64,000 nucleotides of DNA from Deltaproteobacteria bacterium (lineage in GTDB: Bacteria > Desulfobacterota > JAFDED01), in the NCBI GenBank assembly GCA_019310535.1, contig JAFDED010000004.1, positions 27,699-91,698 of the forward strand. Direction: 5' to 3'. A program made the position numbers and the translations under genes. This document shows, piece after piece, positions 58,448 to 64,000 of this stretch. The notes beneath the pieces were generated by a model that worked only from the letters and a program-made list of their open reading frames with translations, was not told the DNA's origin and did not search any database. Positions within the stretch are counted from its first letter, which is position 1; the number at the start of each line of letters is the position of its first letter.

Positions 58448-59560
58448 ATGAGAATTACCGACATTCGCGCATACACCCTTTCCGCCCCGCTGGACAAACC
58501 CTGGAAGATCGCCGGCATGGTGATGTCGGAAATGACGGCCACTATGGTGGAGGTGGAGAGCGACAGCGGGCTGGTCGGTTACGGCGAAGCGCTCACCCGC
58601 TTGGGTCCGTCGGCCACCCGGGAGATTGTCACTTCCATTCTCAAACCAATACTTCTCGGCGCAGATCCCATGGATGTTGATGTGCTCTGGGGGCGGATGT
58701 TTTCCACTATGAAAACCCGGGGCCACTGGAAGGGCTTCATGATTGAGGCCATGAGCGGCGTTGATATCGCCCTGTGGGACCTTCTCGGGAAAGCGCTGAA
58801 CCAGCCCGTATCCAGGCTTCTCGGGGGACGGCACCACGAGAAGCTGGAGGCCTACGCATCTTCCATAATGCTCATGGAACGAGCGGAAATGGTACAAGAG
58901 GCGGAGGATCTGGTCCGCCGCGGCTTCAAGAAAATCAAGGTTAAGGTGGGCCTGGACGTTGAGACGGACTTCGGAAACATCAAGGCCATCCGGGAGGCTG
59001 TCGGGCCGGACATCGGGATCATGCTCGACGCCAATTGTGGATACGCCATTGATGGGGCCTTGCGGCTGGGCACCATGCTTGAGCCTTTGAATATACTCTG
59101 GTTCGAAGAACCCGTACCGCCCTACGATTCGGACGGGTACGCGAAGCTGTCCGAAACCTTGCGCATACCCATAGCAGGCGGAGAGTCGGAGTTCACCCGC
59201 TGGGGGTTCAGAGACCTTATCCTGAACGGGAAGGTCTCAATTATCCAGCCCGATATCGCGCGGTGCGGCGGCTTTACGGAATATCGCAAGATCGCGGCCC
59301 TGGCCGGTGCTCACGGCATACCCATCGCGCCCCACACAGGAGCATCGGGCGCAGTGAGCATAGCGGCGACCGTGCAGTTATGCTCGTCGCTCTCCAACTT
59401 ATATATATATGAGCACATGTACACTGAAAACCCCTTGCGCGAGGACATCCTTAAGGAATCAGTCCTGGAATGTGAAATGGGAGCGGTTCAGGTGCCCGCC
59501 GGCCCGGGCCTGGGCATAGAAGTTGACCACCAAAAACTCAAGCACTACATGCGTCCGTAA
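58448..59560 (+). CDS. Mandelate racemase / muconate-lactonising enzyme (enolase superfamily)
   Basis: GVDIALWDL.GK, KVK, MLDAN, WFEEP, AGGE, QPD, APH. Confidence 0.92.
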   Translation: MRITDIRAYTLSAPLDKPWKIAGMVMSEMTATMVEVESDSGLVGYGEALTRLGPSATREIVTSILKPILLGADPMDVDVLWGRMFSTMKTRGHWKGFMIEAMSGVDIALWDLLGKALNQPVSRLLGGRHHEKLEAYASSIMLMERAEMVQEAEDLVRRGFKKIKVKVGLDVETDFGNIKAIREAVGPDIGIMLDANCGYAIDGALRLGTMLEPLNILWFEEPVPPYDSDGYAKLSETLRIPIAGGESEFTRWGFRDLILNGKVSIIQPDIARCGGFTEYRKIAALAGAHGIPIAPHTGASGAVSIAATVQLCSSLSNLYIYEHMYTENPLREDILKESVLECEMGAVQVPAGPGLGIEVDHQKLKHYMRP

Positions 59561-59576
59561 GCAGAGGAGATTCTTC

Positions 59577-61418
59577 ATGAAAGGATATATGAATCGTATC
59601 GTTGAAGTAAATCTGACCAAGCGAACAACTGAAGTAGTTCAGTTAGACGATGAAATCAGGAAAAAGTTCATCGGCGGCAGCGGCCTAGGGGCTAAAATCT
59701 TATGGGACAGCGAGGCGTACCGGTTTGATCCACTGTCGGAGGACAATACGTTGATTTTCATGACCGGTCCTTTTGCCAGCACCCCCGCTTTGCTCATGGG
59801 CCGACATGCGGTTGTTTCCAGATCGCCGCTCACCGGGATATTCGGTGAGGCGGACTCAGGAGGCACCTGGGGCCCGACCCTCAAGCGGGCCGGGTACGAT
59901 GGGATCGTCGTGAGGGGAAAAGCCGATCGTCCGGTTTACCTGTGGGTATCCGAGGAAGGGGTCGAGATCCGGGATGCGGGCCACCTCTGGGGGAAAGACA
60001 CCTTTGACACCGATGCGGCACTGCGGGCTGAAACTGCTGAAAAAGCGGTGACCGCCTGTATCGGTCAGGCGGGTGAACGTCTGGTTCGGATGGCCGCTGT
60101 CATGAATGACGGCCGAGCGGCCCGGGCCGCGGGCCGCTGCGGTCTGGGAGCGGTAATGGGATTCAAAAAACTCAAGGCAATCACCGCATACGGCTCCCAA
60201 AAAACTCCCATCCACGACAGGGAAGGTTTACTGAAGGCGGTGAAAGAGATTGCCCGGACGATCCGGGAAAATATGGTGGGGATGACCAAATATGGCACCT
60301 CCGGCGGACTGGCCTCATTCGAGGAATTGGGGTCGCTACCACTGCAGAACTGGAAGCGATCGGAGCGCTGGAAGGATGGTGCATCGGAGATCACCGGGGC
60401 CGCCATGGCAGAGCGCATTGGTGCGGGAAACTATGGCTGCGAGGGGTGCGTCGTCCGGTGCGGCCGGGAGATTCAAGTCACCGACGGACCTTACGCCGGC
60501 CTGGAGGGGGCGGGGCCCGAGTACGAAACCCTGTCATCCCTGGGAAGCCTCTGTCTGATTGATGACCTGAACGCCATCGCCATGGCCAACGAGCTGTGCA
60601 ACAGGTACGGTATCGACACCATCTCGGTGGGTGCGATGGTGGCGTTTGCCATGGAAGCTTATGAGCAAGGGATTCTAACAAATAAAGATACCGACGGCAT
60701 GGAACTCACCTGGGGCAATGCCCGTGCCATGATCGAGACTGTCAGGATGATCGGCGAGAACAGGGGTCTGGGATCGATTTTGGCCAGGGGGTGCCGAGAG
60801 GCGGCGAAAGAACTGGGCCCCGGGGCTGATCAGTTCGCGGTGCACGCCAAAGGACTTGAATTTCCCATGCACGACCCCAGATGTTACATGGCCGGGGCGC
60901 TCCAGTATGCCACGTCGGCCCGCGGCGCCTGCCATCTCTCGGGCATGTCCCATGCCTTCGAGCGCGTCCTCACATCGCCGGAAATAGGTCTGGGAGAAGT
61001 TCCCGACCGGCTTGCCACCGAGGGCAAGGGAATACTCACCGCCAAGACCCAGAACATCATGGGAATGTACGATTCCCTGAAGGTTTGCAAGTTCATTCAA
61101 TTCGGAGGGCTTACAATAACGCACCTGGTGGACTGGTATGAGAAGATTACCGGAGAGAGCATGAGTATTGAGAAATTCATGTTGACCGGAGAGCGGATTT
61201 TCAACTTAAAGCGGCTCTTCAACCTGAAGTGCGGCATCACGCAGGAGGACGACACCGTCTCAGCCCGGATTCTTAACCTGCCTAAAGAGGCCGAAGGATG
61301 GAAGACCAGGCGGCCTCCTGTCTCGGAGATGATGAAGGACTATTATGCCTTTCGCGGCTGGGACGACAAGGGCGTGCCCACGGATGAGAAGCTGAAAACC
61401 CTGGGTTTGGCTGAGTAG
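59577..61418 (+). CDS. Aldehyde:ferredoxin oxidoreductase (tungsten-cofactor AOR family)
   Basis: SPLTG, LKRAGYDG, RAAGRCGLGAVMG, CEGCVVRC, GPEYET, GIDTIS, RGACH; start ATG 59577. Confidence 0.93.
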   Translation: MKGYMNRIVEVNLTKRTTEVVQLDDEIRKKFIGGSGLGAKILWDSEAYRFDPLSEDNTLIFMTGPFASTPALLMGRHAVVSRSPLTGIFGEADSGGTWGPTLKRAGYDGIVVRGKADRPVYLWVSEEGVEIRDAGHLWGKDTFDTDAALRAETAEKAVTACIGQAGERLVRMAAVMNDGRAARAAGRCGLGAVMGFKKLKAITAYGSQKTPIHDREGLLKAVKEIARTIRENMVGMTKYGTSGGLASFEELGSLPLQNWKRSERWKDGASEITGAAMAERIGAGNYGCEGCVVRCGREIQVTDGPYAGLEGAGPEYETLSSLGSLCLIDDLNAIAMANELCNRYGIDTISVGAMVAFAMEAYEQGILTNKDTDGMELTWGNARAMIETVRMIGENRGLGSILARGCREAAKELGPGADQFAVHAKGLEFPMHDPRCYMAGALQYATSARGACHLSGMSHAFERVLTSPEIGLGEVPDRLATEGKGILTAKTQNIMGMYDSLKVCKFIQFGGLTITHLVDWYEKITGESMSIEKFMLTGERIFNLKRLFNLKCGITQEDDTVSARILNLPKEAEGWKTRRPPVSEMMKDYYAFRGWDDKGVPTDEKLKTLGLAE

Positions 61419-61562
61419 CTCCCGAGGGAAGTATACTGTGCATGATGGCCGCCGAGAAGCATGGCACATGGTGTACAATCCCACGTCAAAATTTTAGGGA
61501 GCGGTTCTGGGGATAATCCTTTTTCAAAAAGGTTTCATTCGGCTTTTTAGAGGAGATTTCCA

Positions 61563-61874
61563 TTGAACGCAGCAAGAGATATGTCCGAACGCATATTTCT
61601 TCTTCTCCATGAAAAGGACAACACGGTTACCGCATTGAAGAACCTGGCTAAGGGAGAAGAAATTATATTCGATCCCGAAGAGGAGTCCGCACGGATCACG
61701 CTCAGGCAGGAAATTCCTTATGCGCATAAGTTTGCGCGGGTGTTCATTCCGCGAGGGAGCGATGTCATCAAGTACGGGGAGGTTATCGGAGCGGCCACAG
61801 AGGACATTCATCCGGGCGATCACGTACATGTTCACAATGTTGAGAGCAAGCGAGCACGAGGTATTGCTTCATGA
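61563..61874 (+). CDS. SAF-domain small subunit of a UxaA/GarD/SuyA-type dehydratase
   Basis: HEKDNT.TAL, IPYAHKFA, IKYGEVIG, GDHVHVHN. Confidence 0.88.
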   Translation: MNAARDMSERIFLLLHEKDNTVTALKNLAKGEEIIFDPEEESARITLRQEIPYAHKFARVFIPRGSDVIKYGEVIGAATEDIHPGDHVHVHNVESKRARGIAS

Positions 61875-63049
61875 ACTTTTCCAGAGCCACGTTCACAGGT
61901 TTCAGACGCCAGGACGGGAGGACGGGGGTTCGTAATTACCTCGGCGTTATCTCGACGGTCACCTGCGCCAACCAGGCGGCCCAGGAGATTGCAGACCATA
62001 TCGAAGGCACCGCGGTTTTCACTCACCAGCAGGGGTGCGGTTTGACACAGGACGACCTGGGCCTTGCAGAGAGGACCCTTATCAACATCGGGCGCAACCC
62101 CAACCTGGGGGCTGTGCTGATTGTCAGCCTGGGCTGCGAAGGCGTTGATCCGGATAGGATTGCTGATGGGATCGCGTCTTCGGGAAAACCAGTTGAGTTG
62201 GTGAAACTCCAGCGGGAAGGGGGCTACTTCGGGGCGCTCACCGAGGCGGGACGCAAGGCACAAAAACTTTCCATGGCCATATCCGGTATCAAGCGTGAAG
62301 AGGTGAACATCGAGGAGCTTCGCCTGGGCATAAAGTGCGGGGCTTCCGATCCAACCTCAGGGCTGGCTTCCAACCCGGGGGTGGGCAAAGCGGTGGACCG
62401 GTTGATCGAGGCGGGAGGAAGCGCTGTTTTCGGTGAAACCACCGAGGTTGTGGGAGCCGAGCACATACTGGCCCGCCGGTGCGCTGCCAAGGACGTGGCC
62501 GACAGGCTTCTGGCCATGGTGGAGGCGCTGGAAAGGCGCATTCGCCAGAGCGGCGCTGACATCAGAGGGGGCAATCCCAGCGCCGGCAATATCGCCGGTG
62601 GCCTGACCACGCTGGAAGAAAAATCACTGGGCGCAATTGTCAAGGCCGGGTCAGCAGAGATCAGGGATGTTATCCAGTACGGCGAACGCCCTCCCCTTGA
62701 AAAAGGGCTGTTTTTCGTCGATTCGCCCGGTCGGGAACCTGAGATACTCGCGGCATTGGCCGCCGCGGGATGTCAGATCGTCCTTTTCTCTACCGGCCTC
62801 GGAGCACCCCATGGCTTCCCATTTGTACCGGTAATCAAGATCAGCGGAAACCGAAAGACCGTCCAGAAGCTGGTCGATTTTATCGACATGGATGTAGCCC
62901 GGATAATTCTCGGAGGCGAGACCCTTGACCAGGCCGGCGACCGAATCCTGGAGGAGAGCCTGCGGGTTGCCTCCGGAGGACGAACAAAGGCCGAAGCCAT
63001 AGGCTATTTCGGCTCAACGGCCATCCATCAAACCGGTCCCATTGTGTAG
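61871..63049 (+). CDS. UxaA/GarD/SuyB-type dehydratase large subunit
   Basis: GVRNY, HQQGC, LGCE, KCGASD, ETTE, GNPSAGNIAGGLTTLEEKSLG. Confidence 0.92.
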   Translation: MNFSRATFTGFRRQDGRTGVRNYLGVISTVTCANQAAQEIADHIEGTAVFTHQQGCGLTQDDLGLAERTLINIGRNPNLGAVLIVSLGCEGVDPDRIADGIASSGKPVELVKLQREGGYFGALTEAGRKAQKLSMAISGIKREEVNIEELRLGIKCGASDPTSGLASNPGVGKAVDRLIEAGGSAVFGETTEVVGAEHILARRCAAKDVADRLLAMVEALERRIRQSGADIRGGNPSAGNIAGGLTTLEEKSLGAIVKAGSAEIRDVIQYGERPPLEKGLFFVDSPGREPEILAALAAAGCQIVLFSTGLGAPHGFPFVPVIKISGNRKTVQKLVDFIDMDVARIILGGETLDQAGDRILEESLRVASGGRTKAEAIGYFGSTAIHQTGPIV

Positions 63050-63100
63050 CTCAGCATGCAGTGCCATTGAATGAAGGGATTCGGTATTTTCACGAAATAT

Positions 63101-63143
63101 TCCTCCTACCCCTTGACGGGAGGAGAGGATCGGGGTGAGGGTG
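63101..63143. repeat. Degenerate REP-like palindromic element between convergent genes
   Basis: TCCTCCTACCCCTTGACGGGAGGAGAGGATCGGGGTGAGGGTG; a related fragment lies at about 58033-58060. Confidence 0.4.
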
Positions 63144-63177
63144 GCGGGGCAAATAAACCACTATTATTTCCAACGCT

Positions 63178-63798
63178 TCACTCTGCCATCTGCAGAATCA
63201 GCGACCCCTTACGTATACCAAATTCCAAAGCCGAACGAAGGTCACTGAACCAAATATCAATCCAGTTTCTTTTTCGTTTATGCATCACATCCTCGACCTT
63301 ATACCAGCCGTCATACTCCTCCAAACCTGTGTTCACATATACTTTTGTCCCAAGAGGGATCAGCGTGAGCAAATCTCTGGAAACCGCTATAAACCCCTTT
63401 CTCACCCGCTTGTTGGACGCTGTAGTAAACGGCGTCGAATCCGTTTCCTGAATGCTGGATGTATATGCAGTAACGGTCACATGGATTTCCCAACGAGCGT
63501 GGCCATAAGCCGGTACCAATAATAATGAAACAAGTGCATAAGGCAGACTTTTTTTCCATAACGATTTTTTTGGGGTTTCCATGAAAGACTGGAAGGGTAT
63601 GAGATAATTACGCCCTTGTTGGGGCAGTCCCTTCATTTCTTCTGACGATTGGCGTCCTGAAGCGATTCCCTCATTCACTTGAAAACAGTCGTCAATATCC
63701 CGATGCGTATCCAGCACAAGAATCTCACCGGCCGCTTCAGAACCGATATACGGTGAAGCACGCCCCAGGCTCCTCAGGTATAATTGTTTAATACTCAT
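63178..63798 (-). CDS. 3D-domain (MltA-like three-aspartate) protein
   Basis: VTVTAY...TAS...IAVSRD...VED...IDIWF; AGGAGG RBS at 63798; internal hydrophobic segment. Confidence 0.85.
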   Translation of the reverse strand: MSIKQLYLRSLGRASPYIGSEAAGEILVLDTHRDIDDCFQVNEGIASGRQSSEEMKGLPQQGRNYLIPFQSFMETPKKSLWKKSLPYALVSLLLVPAYGHARWEIHVTVTAYTSSIQETDSTPFTTASNKRVRKGFIAVSRDLLTLIPLGTKVYVNTGLEEYDGWYKVEDVMHKRKRNWIDIWFSDLRSALEFGIRKGSLILQMAE

Positions 63799-63941
63799 GA
63801 CACTCCTCCTTCCGATGGAGCCTCGTACGTAAATGGATGGTTCAACAATTGTTTTCTACCGAGGGTAGTAAGAGTTGAGATGTTATTTTTTTAGTGATTA
63901 GAACCCCGGGGGTAAATGGGGAGAATCCTGTATATTAAGGC

Positions 63942-63979
63942 AGGAAAATCCTTATTTTAAATAAGGATTTTCCTTATTC
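63942..63979. promoter_or_regulatory. Long inverted repeat, likely transcription-factor operator
   Basis: AGGAAAATCCTTATTT-T-AAATAAGGATTTTCCT: perfect 16-bp arms with a 1-nt spacer, overlapped by AATAAGGA-TTT-TCCTTATT. Confidence 0.55.
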
Positions 63980-64000
63980 ATTTAGTAGGGTATTGTCGGG

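Noticed and set aside
1-64000. CRISPR arrays, tRNA/rRNA, selenocysteine read-through, prophage or defence genes, sigma54 promoters
   Set aside because: By eye I found no regularly spaced repeats, RNA-gene signatures, conserved ORFs interrupted by TGA, or correctly spaced GG-N10-GC sites in the intergenic regions checked; a computational scan could still find weak cases.

Overview
A 64-kb gene-dense window from an anaerobic Gram-negative bacterium, probably Deltaproteobacteria/Desulfobacterota-like (inferred from TolC/MlaC, tungsten-type AOR, a four-subunit 2-oxoacid:ferredoxin oxidoreductase, and TRAP/TTT transporters). I saw no rRNA, tRNA or CRISPR array. Main blocks: (1) 1.3-17.9 kb, the best candidate for an undescribed system. 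It is a lipid-tailoring cluster in which hopanoid-associated genes (ispH, hpnH, HpnN-like MMPL, HpnM/MlaC-like) share one apparent operon with a polar head-group module (HAD phosphatase, NTP transferase, ATP-grasp-like protein, class III aminotransferase, Gfo/Idh/MocA dehydrogenase, CDP-alcohol phosphotransferase, flippase-like protein), TolC and a radical SAM/SPASM enzyme; a second CDP-alcohol phosphotransferase converges on it. (2) 18.5-22.5 kb: thiolase, a ~210-bp internally deleted IS1595-like element, a GntR regulator and an acyl-CoA dehydrogenase. (3) 23.3-46.4 kb: a co-oriented ~20-gene catabolic run for an unknown amino-acid/lactam/N-heterocycle substrate. (4) ilvBN preceded by an unannotated Val/Leu leader-peptide attenuator, then a MaoC pair, a UbiA-family transferase and a GT9. 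(5) A GGDEF-PilZ protein, an uncharacterised Fe-S gene pair and a GT-C/TPR protein. (6) An enolase-superfamily enzyme, AOR, split UxaA/SuyAB-like genes and a 3D-domain gene. All product calls come from reading motifs in the translations; no database search was run.
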